The notes under the pieces are model-generated. The model was not told the origin of the DNA. It did no database searches and saw only the letters and a list, made by a program, of their open reading frames with translations. Position numbers and translations under genes: made by a program. From the NCBI RefSeq assembly GCF_001194135.2, contig NC_068990.1, forward strand, positions 92,533,474-92,590,735: 57,262 nt of DNA, written 5' to 3'. Origin of the DNA: Octopus bimaculoides. Its lineage: Eukaryota. Below are positions 24,749 to 37,099 of the stretch, in pieces. Every line of letters starts with the position of its first letter. Position 1 is the first letter of the stretch.

Positions 24749-24984
24749 CACAAAGATTGTGTAAAAAGACAAGTTTTACATATCTGCCTATATATACAGT
24801 ATTGGCAAAAAAAAGTCATATACCATGTAGTACAGTATAGCACTCTAATACATAAAACTATGAATGTACCTGCAATCACCTATCGGTCAAATTAAATTGC
24901 TGTCACAACAACTTTATTTTTTTTTCAAATCAAATTTGCCACAAGAAAATAAAATGAAGTTTGGGTGTGTAAACTACCAAAGAT

Positions 24985-25740
24985 TTATGGCATTATGATA
25001 AAGCAAAAATACTCAGATAGATGTATTGAATTTGGATTTACTGGTTGATAAAAAGACAGTGGATTTGCCACTGTTTGTTGTGTGAACGTGCTAGCTAATG
25101 ACTTTATGAAGTTCGTTAAATTTAAACTTTGTTAGAAAAGTGTCATCCATGCATAGTTAAAAAAAAAGAAAAAGAATGATTATTTTAAATGCTTGTTTTC
25201 AAGTTTCCAGTTTTGGAGCTTTCTACAAAAGTGCCCCTTGTGCCATGCAGAGATTCCATGGTTTGCATACAAGAATGCTCAACCAAAAACATCTCACATG
25301 TTTGGTGAGCAACTTTTGCCATGTGTAAAATGGATTGTAGAAATTGTTCTTGGAAAGGATGCTACTGAGAAATTGAATGAGATCTCTCTTTCCAGCAATA
25401 CCCATACTCAACCAGATATAAGAAGACATCAAAAAGCATAGCAACCGAGTAATTAACGAAGTTATATACTCTTTTTTTTCTTTCTTTCCCTCTGCAACTA
25501 AATGAGTTGACTATTGTTGCTGCTTGTTCCCAGATACTGGCCTTTGTAATACATGTCCAGTACTAAATTTAGAGTGAATTCCTCATCTGCAAACTTTTGA
25601 TCTTGACCAACCAAAGCTGCCAATGTCATGACAAACTAAGTTTTCTAAGGCCAAATAGTCTGGATGGGGAAAATCTAAGTTAGAAGCATGGTAGATAAAC
25701 CTTTGCTGGTTTATCTGCTATGCTTAATTAAAAATGAAGA
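24985..25740 (+). mobile_element. hAT Buster/Charlie-type transposase relic (ZBED5/SCAND3-like), heavily disrupted
   Basis: Fragmentary translation KYSDRCIEFGF...VLANDFMK (BED finger), SHMFGEQLLPCVKWIVEIVLGKDATEKLNEISLSSNT, PLQLNELT...CSQILAFV, EFLICK. Confidence 0.78.
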
Positions 25741-26689
25741 CCTTTTTTCTTGTATTTAAACCCCCACCCCACCCTGCCTCTACAAGTAAATTTCAAATCC
25801 ATTTGCAGTTTGCTTTGCATTTCGCCTTCCAAGTGTCAATGAAATAATAGGTAATATACCTCACAATGGTGCCACTAACTTTATATGGTCAGTGGTACTT
25901 TAACAGGATTTCCAAACAGTAATTCTATTAGCATTCTAGCAGTATAGTGTGGTTGTCTCCTTGCAATGACAGTGAAAGATATACTGCAGTACTAAAGAGG
26001 AATTTGGACAGAGGTTTGAGGGCTTTCATGATCAGGAAGCAGAAATTACCTCCAGAGTCCCTTCAGTAGGCCACCAGATGCAACACTTTTGAAAAGTATT
26101 AGCTAGAAATAAACCTTCAGTCTAATGATGCATTGAAAACCATTTTAAAAGAGTTCCATTGTCATCCACTTTTCCATTGGTCAGATGGAATTCATTGACG
26201 AAGACATTCTATGGCTGGATTGCCCTTCTTGTTGACAACCAGCTTCTAAGCAGTGTGATTTCTCCCGATGGCTGGACATATTTCCATGGATGATTGGAAA
26301 TAGATAACACCTTTTGTATGATGGTGACAATGTTATAGTTTCTTCCTTTTCTTTCCCATTAGTCTGGGAAATCCTGTTAGAAGATCATAAGTGTTGTCTG
26401 TCTGTCTGTCTCTTCTGATGAACCCATAAAAACAGGCATCATTTGACTAAAATAAATGTTGTTGTATTGCTGGTGAGTGAGTCTTGGGTTTTGCTTGTGC
26501 TACAGCCACCAAGCAATATGAAATTGTAATAATTTGTGAGAGAAGTCTGTTGTTCATATCCTGTCACTAGAAATATGTTGCCTGTGGCCAACATATGAGG
26601 TTGGGCTGAAAGGTTCATAGGCTGACCACAAAGGAGTGATGCTAGAACTATAAAAGGTAAATATGCAAAAGAGAGAAGTAATCTTTTAT

Positions 26690-26960
26690 CTTTTACATGT
26701 TTCACTCATTAGACTGTGTCCATGCTGGAGCTCTGAAAGGTGTTGTTGAACAAAGCAACTTCAGTACGTATTTCTTTAACATCTGGCACATTTCATTGGT
26801 CTCCTTTGTCAAACTGCTTAGTAATGGAAATGTAAAGAAACCAACTCTGGTTGTCAAGCATTGGTGAGGGACAAACACACACACACACACACACACGAAG
26901 GGCTTGCATACAGTTTCTGTCTACCAAATTCAATTACAAGGCATTGGTGAGCCCAAGGCT
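26690..26960 (-). mobile_element. SINE sharing the family C head but with a different tail (family D)
   Basis: Reverse CAGTTTCTGTCTACCAAATTC..ACAAGGCATTGG, CA linker, GGTTGTCAAGCA..GGGACAAAC body. Confidence 0.65.
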
Positions 26961-27499
26961 GAAGATTTTTAAGTCTCTACGAGTCATTACTTTTTTCCAC
27001 CAAAGTATTGGTTCCAGAGAAGCCATTGCTCCACTGAACTTCTGCAGTTTGTCAAAGACATTTATCAAATGGCTTACAAACAAATGTTGAATTAGACATT
27101 TATTATAAACATCAATTTTTAATTATGAAGAATTAAGTGTAATGATAATGATTTTTAAGGTTGGCATAAGGCCATGCATTTTGGAGGGGGAGTATAATTG
27201 ATTAAATCAATATTCATTATATTACTGATACCTATTTTATTGACCCCCCTCCCCCTGGGGAGACAAAAGACAGATATGATTCCATTGAAATTTTGAATCC
27301 AAACAAAGGGTTACGAGTAAATATCACAGTATTTGGTCAGCTTATCTGCCATTCACCACCATATAACAGATGATGATGATGATGATAATAATAAGATAAT
27401 CTGTCTGTTTAATTAGCTGTCAGGTTGACAGATGTCAATATTGTTTAATTTATGTAATCTCCTAACCAAATTTATTACTACTTACAATCTAATTAGTTG

Positions 27500-28500
27500 C
27501 AGTTGCTTGTACTAATTTATCTATTAATGAAGTAGGTAATTTCACCTTTGTTTGTTATGGTTTGTAGAGGGAGCTCTTGGTGCATATAGGTGGGGGGGGG
27601 CTGAGGGGGTATTTTAATCAGTTGGCATTGAATCAGGAAAGGAGGATGTGTTGTTGATTGAACCTAATTTAGTGAGGAATAAGTGAAGTTTTGGTGAGGC
27701 AGGAAGAGTCTGTGATATGGTGTGGTGGTAGTTGGGTGTTATTCTTCAGTACACTGAACCCCTAGTATATCCTGTTGTCTATGTTTCAAAGATGTCCTCT
27801 GGAAGCAGGCTTTGCTGTCTTGTAGACCATCCTGTCTTTCATGGCATTAAGAAATATCAATGTACTATTGTAGGTGTTACCCATAAGAAGATTGAACTCG
27901 AGTCTGTATGTTAACATTGTACAGTGCCCCATTCTACTTCCATCAGGTCCCTAAACAAGACGGGGAGTTGACTGACATATTAGAATATTGGACAGAACAC
28001 TTAGTGGTACCTGGTCCAATTCTCTGCAATTCATTATATAGGGGTCAGTAGATCATCGTACCACTGTATAGAGGACGTTGATGTCTGTGTAGATATGTAA
28101 TGTAGCAGACCACAATAGCACTGTACAATGGACCTGGATGAGTGTGAAGTAGTGGTCATGCATAATGTGATTAATGTGCAGAAAAGGAGTCAATAGGAAC
28201 TTCATATGGTGTACCTCAAAGGGTGTACAAGAGATGTAGTGAGACAGGCTGACAGAGAAGAGAGGTTTCATATGAAGTCAACAGGCAATAAGTAATAGCT
28301 AGTAGTAAGAGCACCCATAAAATAAATTCTTTCAAATGCTCAGAAGGTTTCCCACAAATAATTGGTGGCTTCCTTTATTTTGGTGATCAAATTAGCAGCG
28401 GAGGAAGTTATTTCAAACGTGCAATAACTACAGTAAAAATGGGGTTGAAACTGTTCAGGAAGTCACCGAATTTGCTGGTAACAAAGAGATTCTCTTTTTG
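27500..28500 (-). mobile_element. Possible very old Penelope-like RT remnant
   Basis: Weak minus-strand motifs HLLYT, LTPFLHINHIMHDHYFTLIQ and WYDDLL occur in the order expected for PLE RT. Confidence 0.35.
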
Positions 28501-29074
28501 AAATTTTGTTTAACCCATGCAAGCATGGAAAAGTGAACATTAGATGATTATGAGTAGAATATTAATCCTTTTTGATAACTTTGTGGCAAATTATGTAGGA
28601 GTTAACAGTACTTGAATTGCAATGAATTCAACAGTCCATCTCCTCCTTGCATGTGTCATCCAGTTGCTTGCCTCTGGGGGAGCCAATATTAGACTAGACA
28701 GAAAAAATTTCATAGATACATAATTTAAACAAAACAGTAACCAGTGTTAAGAGCAGCTGGTTTAAAAAAAACAAAATCAGTGCATTATAAAATGTCTACA
28801 TTTTCAGAAAATCTGGGAGAGACATGCTAATTTACAATTTCAAAGGTTATACTTCAACCTTCATGGAAACTAATTTCATAGTCAAATTAAATACATAAAT
28901 AAATAATCTGTACTAGTACCATTTCACTACTATTTGTTTATTAGTAAGAATGGTATTCTGAGGTAAAAACGTTCCAATAATTCAAATAAAAGTTTGTTAA
29001 TGCTCAGAACCAGGCATTGTATTGTGAGGAATGTAGCAGGTAGATGATTGGAAAATAGAAGGTATAGATCTACC

Positions 29075-29295
29075 AGCTTACAAGTTAATCTCCACTTTTC
29101 CATGCTTGCTTGGGTGACAGAATTTGTTGAGGTAGAATTTCTATGGCTGGATGCCTTTCCTGTTGCCAATCCTTACCTGTTTCCAAGCAACATAATATTT
29201 CCCCATGGCTAGACCTGTTTTTTATGGAATAATAGAGATAAACACCATCACTTGTATGAAGGTGACGGTCAAGACAAGGGTGCACACACACTCAC

Positions 29296-29300
<5 letters not shown>
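29075..29300 (-). mobile_element. SINE family C 3' half, antisense
   Basis: CTCCACTTTTCCATGCTTGC...CTGGATGCCTTTCCTGTTGCC...CCCCATGGCTAGAC. Confidence 0.82.
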
Positions 29301-29345
<45 letters not shown>

Positions 29346-29352
29346 GTATATA

Positions 29353-30706
29353 CTGTATATACTCGTGTAAAAGTCGAATTTTAGTGACCATTTTTTAAGG
29401 TCAAATTTATGGGGTTGACTATTACATGAATACTACTTTTGAGGGGCTGAAGTTCAAGCTAGAATCTGAAGTACCATATCAGTAGCAGAAGCCCAACTGA
29501 TCTCTAAGCGAATGAAAACAAAACACAATGAATTACACTAATATTACCAATTCTGTGCATCAAAACACACGTCCCAGTAAATAACAAAACAATAACATAA
29601 ACAAGACCACGTAGCTCTTATAAATATTTACACTTTCTCTTTTATTCATATCCATTAATCTTAACAGACTCGCTAAGTGAAATCAAGTTTTATCTCATAA
29701 CTATGTTATATCACCACCGGTAACATATCTACTTGGTACCAGCATGACACTACCTACCATAATACGGTGCATATAGCTGATAGCTACTGGGCGTGTTTCA
29801 AAAAAAAGTTGCAGGATGTCATGTGCAGTTACCAGTAAATGTCCATAATACGGTATAGAATTGTTAATCTGGAGCAGGGATTACCAAAGTGTGTTCTGCA
29901 AAATCACAGGGTTACCTGAAAGTTACCAGGGGTTCCACATTTAAAAAAATAATGTCGAAGGATTCTGCAGCAAAAAAAAGTTTGGAAACCACTGATCTAG
30001 CGATTAACTAAATGTTTTTAGGCTTACCGAAGTCATGCCTCTGTACGAATTCAGACAGTGGTGTTTGCTGTTGTTCGCCGATAGTGCTGTCTGTGAAACA
30101 CGTTTCTTACCATGTAAACGAGTGTATGACACATGTGTTTATTGTATTTGATGAGTAAAATATAAAAGTTGCATGAGAACCACTGATCTGGCGATTAGTT
30201 GAATGTTTTTAGGCTTACCAAAGTCCTGTGTTTGTACAAATTCAGACAGTGGCATTTGCCAGTGTTCGCCAATAGGGCTGTCTGTGAAACCTGTTTCTCA
30301 CCATATAAACAATGAGTGTATGATGCATGTGTTTATTGTACTTGAAGATGTATGCAGTCTTGCAGCATATCCTGTGCATACATTTTAGTAATGGTGACGT
30401 AGCACCCATCAACAGATGTGTAGTGCTCGCTATTAAATGGTGTTTTACTATAAGCACTGAGCATTCCATTACAAGCAGCAAGCATTCCACCTATAGAGCA
30501 GGCTACAGTAAGGTAGCCACGCAATTTTGTAAGTGTTATTTCTTCATGCAGGATAATACTGTACCCTGACCCACAAGTGTTGTCCTGTTGCTCATGAAAT
30601 ACTAGGGTCAAATTTTATACGGGGCCTATGGAAAAATCCCAATTTTGGGGCCAAAAATAGGGGGTTAACTTTTACATGAGATCGACTATTTCTCAAGTAT
30701 GTATGG
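29353..30706. mobile_element. Tc1/mariner (Tc2/pogo-like) non-autonomous DNA element with TA TSD
   Basis: TA|CTGTATATACTCGTGTAAAAGTCGA ... TCGACTATTTCTCAAGTATGTATGG|TA are imperfect TIRs. A GGGGTT(G/A)ACT(A/T)TTACATG motif recurs near both ends. Confidence 0.72.
29875..29994. mobile_element. hAT Charlie/Buster-type MITE nested in the Tc2-like element
   Basis: Ends CAGGGATTACCAAAGT / AGTTTGGAAACCACTG. Flanking 8-mers are ATCTGGAG and ATCTAGCG. Confidence 0.68.
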
Positions 30707-30929
30707 TATATAAATGCAAGATCCGGGGACCAAGGTGTAGGAAGAAAGTTAGCTTTGAGCAATCCATAATAAATATATAAAAAAGAAAACTTTCAAAAAC
30801 AATAGCAGTTTATTGAGATGGAAATTTTTTTTTTTTTTTCTTTATCAAAGAGCGATGAGCAAAAAAGTTCTTTTTATATTCCACAGTAGGCGACCAGGGT
30901 TGTCGATTGTGCGAAAAAGAATACAAGTG

Positions 30930-31295
30930 TTACGGAGTGGAGCAGAAAAAATGCGAGTGGAACATCAGAAGTGATAAAGTCCAAGCGAGGTGTATACCAT
31001 TGGCTACTTTTCAGGCCAAGGATAACTTGATTGACACAAAGAAGGTTCAATCAGAATGTGTGGAGGGCACACATTCTGATTGAATCCTCTGGATGTGCCC
31101 TCCACACATTCCAATTGAATCCTCTTTGCATCAATATGTACCTCCTTGCAACAATATAGCCTTTAATCTAACCAAAATATCCTTGGCCTGAAGAGTAGCT
31201 GGTGGTGGTATACACCTCACTTGGACTTTACCACTTCTGAGGTTCCACTCACTGTGAAATATATGTAGCCTGGATTTTTCCTACTCCATTCTGTA
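30930..31295. repeat. Long imperfect inverted repeat (foldback) of unknown family
   Basis: 30953-31024 pairs with 31178-31252, and 31030-31071 pairs with 31094-31135. Confidence 0.9.
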
Positions 31296-31597
31296 GGATT
31301 TCTTCTAGGCGTTACCCATCATACTCGTGTATAGCCGAAAGGCTGTGTTTATTCCATCTTCATCTATTGTTTCAAATTACATTTGTTTACTTTCGTACAT
31401 CCACCCTGTCTTGTCTTGTTTGCTTGAGCCCTAATTCTCTGCAGATTTTGTGGGTGCTGCCAACATACGAAGTCCTCAGTCTTATCATTAAAGGTACGAA
31501 ACTGAGTATTAGTATTTTTGGTTGATAACTGATGAAGAATTAGGGTCCTTCTGTGTCTCTCCTACGTCTACATTTGGTAGTATTTAATGCATTTTTC

Positions 31598-31629
<32 letters not shown>

Positions 31630-31632
<3 letters not shown>

Positions 31633-31782
31633 CTTCTTTCAATTTCTCCGTGCTAAATCCACTCACAAGTCCATGGTCTGCTCAGGACTATGGTGAAGAC
31701 GCTTGCCCATGGTGCCACACTGAAACTGAACCCAAAGTCATATGGTTGGGAAGCAAACTTCTTAACCACAAAGCCACACCTA
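31630..31782 (-). mobile_element. SINE family C head, antisense
   Basis: GGCTTCTTTCAATTTC...TGCCCATGGTGCCACACTGAAACTGAACCC...GGGAAGCAAACTTCTTAACCACAAAGCCAC. Confidence 0.82.
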
Positions 31783-34147
31783 TTGCCTCAGTTCATTAGA
31801 AATTGGTTTTAAGTTATTTAGAAATGTTGTGTTTTTGGCTGAAAGAATGGTTTGCTCTGTTATTGAAATAGTTGATGTCTTTAACTCAGTGTCTTTATAT
31901 TCCAGTAGGTATGAATGATTTACCTTACACACCCTTACTGCAATTAAAGTTTTGGAGAGGAATAAATCATATTGATATTATTATTGCCAGCAATAATATG
32001 GTATTAGTGAATTCAAAGATTTAGTTTTCAATGACTCAATAATGAATGATAATAATTAATAATGAATAATAAATGATAATAATTAATAAGATGTCATGTG
32101 CTTTTATACTTTGGTTGCATATTTCATCGGTTATTTATCATGCCGTTCATTATCATAAAGCAAAATCATTACAACTATAAAAGCAAAGATTTCCAGAATA
32201 TTTTCATTACAATGTTTTCTGTCTCTTCTTTTTCCCTCTTCAATGCAGTTCCTAAGACATTTTATTTCCATGTTTCCTTGAATCTTGCTTAGTTTCCTCC
32301 TATTGTTCTGGATGTCATGAAACATGAAGTATATTGTACATGGTTCAGTACATTACTGAAGAAATTCCACTTAGAGGGAACATAAACTGTGCTACATGCT
32401 TGTGGAAGTAAATAACATGTAGAGAAAGCAAAGGACACAAACTGTGCTACATGCGTAAAAGTAAACAAACTGTGCCAACAAAGATGATTCTTTCGATTGA
32501 AGTCAGTGACTTCTTCATTCAAGTGCAACATGTCGTACTGTTTCTCTTTTTAGCTTCCACACACATGTAGAAGGATTTGTGATCTGTATTTTTACACATG
32601 TATAGCACAGTTGGCATTCTTTGTTTCTACATACATGTAGCAGGTTTTTGTTTGTTTTTTTCCATACATGTGGCTCTTCAGTAAAATTAGTTGCTAACTT
32701 GACTTGAAAGCAGAGCTATCTTATCCTTTTTCTCCAAATATTCTAATGATACAAATGCCAAGCATATTCATTATTCTCTAAATACCAACTCTTTGAGAAT
32801 TCAGGTAATTTATGTTATCTGCAAAATGATTCTAGTTTTAATAGAATTTCTTCAATTCTTAAAAAAATTCTTTTTTTTTTTAACTACAAATTAATCTCAG
32901 GATAATTACCAAGTGATTTAGTTTCTAAATGAAACATTTATACAACTCGTACCGAAACATTTTTAAAAGTAAAAGTCTGTTAAATTTTTGGAATGTTTTC
33001 ACACATCATATATTAGAGCCAGAAAGTTAGAAAGCTGTCATGTAATGGAGATTTAACAGGACACTGTATCTATGTAATCAAATAAGAACCATTTCTCTTG
33101 AGTGCTCTGAAATCTAATAGCAGATGATATGGCATTAAACAAACTGCTATCCATATGACCAGTCCGCTGCCTTTAGAGACAACGATTGCAATATTGGTCT
33201 GAACTGCTGGCTTTGTTATTTCACTGCTTATTCCATGCTATTATATTAATAACATTGTGACATTTCTATGGCTCTTGTATTGTCTGATAAGTGTTTTGCT
33301 AATTATCATCTTAAATTAATTATATTTGCTTATATTTTTCTGTTTATTGAATCAGTCCCAATACTATTTAGGTCTACAATACACTGGTTTTATCTTAAAC
33401 AGAAAGCACTTAATGGTATTTGTTAGCTATTTCTCTTTTAAGAATATCTTAATAAAAATGCATACATGTGTGTGTGTGTGTGTGTGTGTAATATGAGTAA
33501 CTTCTCTTTTATTGATATAACTACAAATTTCACACCAATTGATTCTTTAATGATGATGAATTCACCATCAGTCTTGATGATAGGCAATTAACTGAATTAT
33601 CTCTGCATTAAATTAACAAGTATGTGGCTGAGTATTCCACAGATGTGCATACCTTTGATGTAACTCTCAAGCAGAACCAGTATAACACAACATGTGATGA
33701 GTCAGGATGTTTTGAATTACCAGAACAATTGATTCAGCAGGTTTCCTTATAATTTCCATTTGCTCATCTTCACTCTCAAGATTTGTGAGGCTATTGACCT
33801 GAGGCTGTGTAGTAAAATACATTTTCCCAAGATTGCTACACAGTGGAATCGAACTTGGGATCTTATGGTTGCAAAGCAAACTTCTTAACCATTTGGCCAT
33901 ATCTGAATCCAGTTGATTATGTATTATTATGTTAGATAAGATTAAGGTGAAAGGAAATCATTCTAATGATAAATACTATAAAAGGTGCATGGGCATGTTA
34001 GATGCACTAAGAATTTTTTCCTGCTGAAATTGGGGTGCATTAACCCTTTAGCCCAGATATAAACCCCTTATAAGCAAGAAACTCAGGGTAACCGCATAAA
34101 CTAGCCTCCCCCATTATAATATCAACTGCTCTACATCTTAGTGTGGT

Positions 34148-34184
<37 letters not shown>

Positions 34185-34979
34185 AATATCAGTTAGAAAC
34201 TATGAATGTGTTGGTGCATGATTCTTCTCATCAGATCTCTCCAACAAGGGAAAATCTCAGTCGGTTGGTTGATGCATGAAGGTCCAGGCTCCTTCTCAAC
34301 CGAGGTTTCAGTTCTTTCTGAATCATTACACTCTCCTGCTCAACAAACATTACTTCTTACCTCAGATGACCCTTGCGTGATGAAGGCTGGGGGAGAAGGG
34401 TGTTATTGCAGGATGCTATGGTTGTGTTATTGATGAGAAGTTGTGGGGTCTGTTGAGGGAGGCAGTAGGCATCTTACTGATAGAGTTGTAGAGTGTGTGT
34501 GAGTGGGATGTTATTGAAAGTGTTGGGGAGTGCGTACGGAAGGCTAAATTTTTTATAAAATGTTAAAAAAATCTAAAAGCTCATACAAATTTTAAAATTT
34601 GTAGAAATCTCTGACCAAAATTCCATTGGAATAACAGCTGAAACAAAACAACAAGTAATTAGCAGACATGATTTTCTTGTCTTATTTGCTGTATATTTTG
34701 TCAAAACAAACAAGTTTCTACAAGGTCACTAGACCTACTAACCATAACAAATATCTTTTTAACATAATCATCAAACGAAACTATACATGGAGACATGATC
34801 TGCTAGCAATAACAGCTAATGTTTATCATTTCAGAAATGATCAAATATATTGCAGAAGTCTGTAATTTTTTTTAAGGCTTTACTGGGGTTGGTGGCTAGC
34901 AAAACAAATACTAGAAATTCAATAAACAAAACATGCATACACACACACACAAACAATGTATACGTGTGTACTTACACAC

Positions 34980-35028
<49 letters not shown>

Positions 35029-35589
35029 CTCTCACACACGTCATAGTTAATAGACATGTTTACATATACATCACACTTACATACACACTGTGCTTATATA
35101 CATCATGGTTATTTATATACATGCTGACTTACATAGATGCATACATGTTTACTCAAGTGTGTATTTACTTACCCATATGTGTGTTTGTGTGTGTGTTTCT
35201 TTGCTTTTTCATGTACATATATGCCTAGTTTCATATGTACATGGGTGCATATTCACATGTATACATACATTAGAACTTATACACGTTAACGAAAGCAAAA
35301 GAAATTGGTGGAATGTACCCATTTGAACATCAAGAAAATGTAAACATAACAGAACAGACGTGGTTGTTCTTGGACAGAGAATTATAAACATATACAGCTG
35401 CACAAGTTAGTTGGAGATGTAAATATTTTTTTCTAGAATAAATGAAAGAGAGAACACCAATGGAGAACTAATGAGGAATTTACTAATTCTGTGAATTTAC
35501 TAATTCTGTTTTTACCCTTTGACTTAATATTTCTGGTTGTTGTTACTGGGTTACTTTGAAATGTTGATAACTACCTCATCGTCATCAGG

Positions 35590-35958
35590 AGCATCGTTGT
35601 AATGTCCACTTTTCAATGCTTGCATGGATCAGATGGAACTTGTAGAGGCAGATTTTCTACAGCTGGATGCCCTTCCTTTCATCAACCTTCACCTGTTTCC
35701 AGGCAAGTAATATTTTCCCATTGGTCTCACATGTTTTTCACAGAAGACTGGAAGGGAGCTGCATTGCTTATGTGATGGATACACAAACAAACAAACAAAC
35801 ATAACACAACAGATTTCTTTCAGCTTCTATCTGGCAAATCTACTTTGGTCAGCCCAAGGCTATCATAAAAGACACTTGCCCAAGCTACCATCCAGTTAAA
35901 CTAAACCTAAAAAGCACGTGGTTAGGAAGCAAGTTCCTTAACCACACATCTGCACCTA
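35590..35958 (-). mobile_element. SINE family C, antisense
   Basis: Reverse tail and reverse head both present. Confidence 0.82.
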
Positions 35959-36027
35959 CTTAAATACCATAGTATTTTTCCATAAATTAGGCTTCTTAAA
36001 AATGGAAAGAATTTAATTAAATCTTAG

Positions 36028-36248
36028 CCCTTTACCATTCTAATTACTGTCAAACATGATGCTTACTTATTCACATTATATTGACTTAATCCTGCATTAA
36101 TTATCTCATAAATTCAAGATTTTGATGAAGTGGTTGTTCATTTTTAGAATGACATTGTAGGGTAGGTGTGAAAGACTGGATCTGGCCAGTTTGAACATAA
36201 AATAGGTAAAATATTTAGTCCTGATATGACCAATTTATATACTAAGGG
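36028..36248. mobile_element. piggyBac-like (TTAA-CCCT) MITE
   Basis: TTAG|CCCTTT...AAGGG|ATTA. The body is the reverse complement of 44269-44489. Confidence 0.65.
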
Positions 36249-36504
36249 ATTATGTAAAAATTAAAATACATCCATTGTGTTGTTTAACTCCAGGTCAGCT
36301 CTGACTGAGAGACCTGAGGTCAAAGGTGTTAAAATTTGATTGTTTTGCCATTTAACAGGCTTGGGTTATCTAGGAATACATTATCTAATCTGTTCTCTTT
36401 TCAGGACAGACACGTAATTTGAGGGAGATTCTGTTATTATGTATATATGTATATACATATGTATATATACACACACACATGTAGATACATACACACACAC
36501 ACAC

Positions 36505-36855
36505 ACATGGACGATGCCTGCGCCGCCTGACTGACACCTGTGCCAGTTGGATGGAAAAAGCACCATCTGAACGTGGCCACTGCCAATGCTGCCTGACTGG
36601 CACCCATGTTGGTGGCACATAAAAAGCACCATTCGAGCATGGCCAATGCCAGTGCTGCCTGACTGGCTCCTATGCCAGTGGCACATAAAAATACCCACTA
36701 CACTCTTGGAATGGTTGGCGTTAGGAAAGGCATCCAGCTGTAGAAACCTTGCCAAATCAGATTGGAACCTGGTGTAGCCTCCAGCTTGCCAGTCTTCAGT
36801 CAAACCGTCCAACCCATGCCAGCATGGAAAGCAGACATTAAACGAAGATGATAAT
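36505..36855 (+). mobile_element. Family A LINE 3' UTR and tail
   Basis: Subrepeats with GGCACATAAAAAGCACC, then GGCGTTAGGAAAGGCATCCAGCTGTAGAAAC...GCATGGAAAGCAGACATTAAACGA. Confidence 0.88.
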
Positions 36856-37099
36856 GTATACATATATATACATACGTGTGTGTGTGTGTGTTTCTTCCAC
36901 ACTACTTGGTGTATTTATATCACCATAATTCAATAGATGAAACATTATTAATAAAGATGGTAAACTTCATTGTATTATACTGTACAGACTTTAGCCAACA
37001 CTCAAGTTTATAGACAGATGTGAACACCTTGTCTCTTTATGTGCAGTAACTGTGTGGATAGAAAATAGGGATCTTTACTGACAATGCAACAGTTATTAA

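Noticed and set aside
31470-31550. CTCAGTC...CGAAACTGAG followed by CTGATGA (hammerhead-like words)
   Set aside because: A stem III could form, but the 16 nt between GTC and GAAA lack CUGANGA, and the downstream CTGATGA has no matching stem II or GAAA. No valid topology.
34859-34875. AG|TCTGTAATTTTTTT reads V-C-N-F, like the expected start of DGK exon 2
   Set aside because: In-frame TAA follows immediately (VCNFF*) and there is no polypyrimidine tract.
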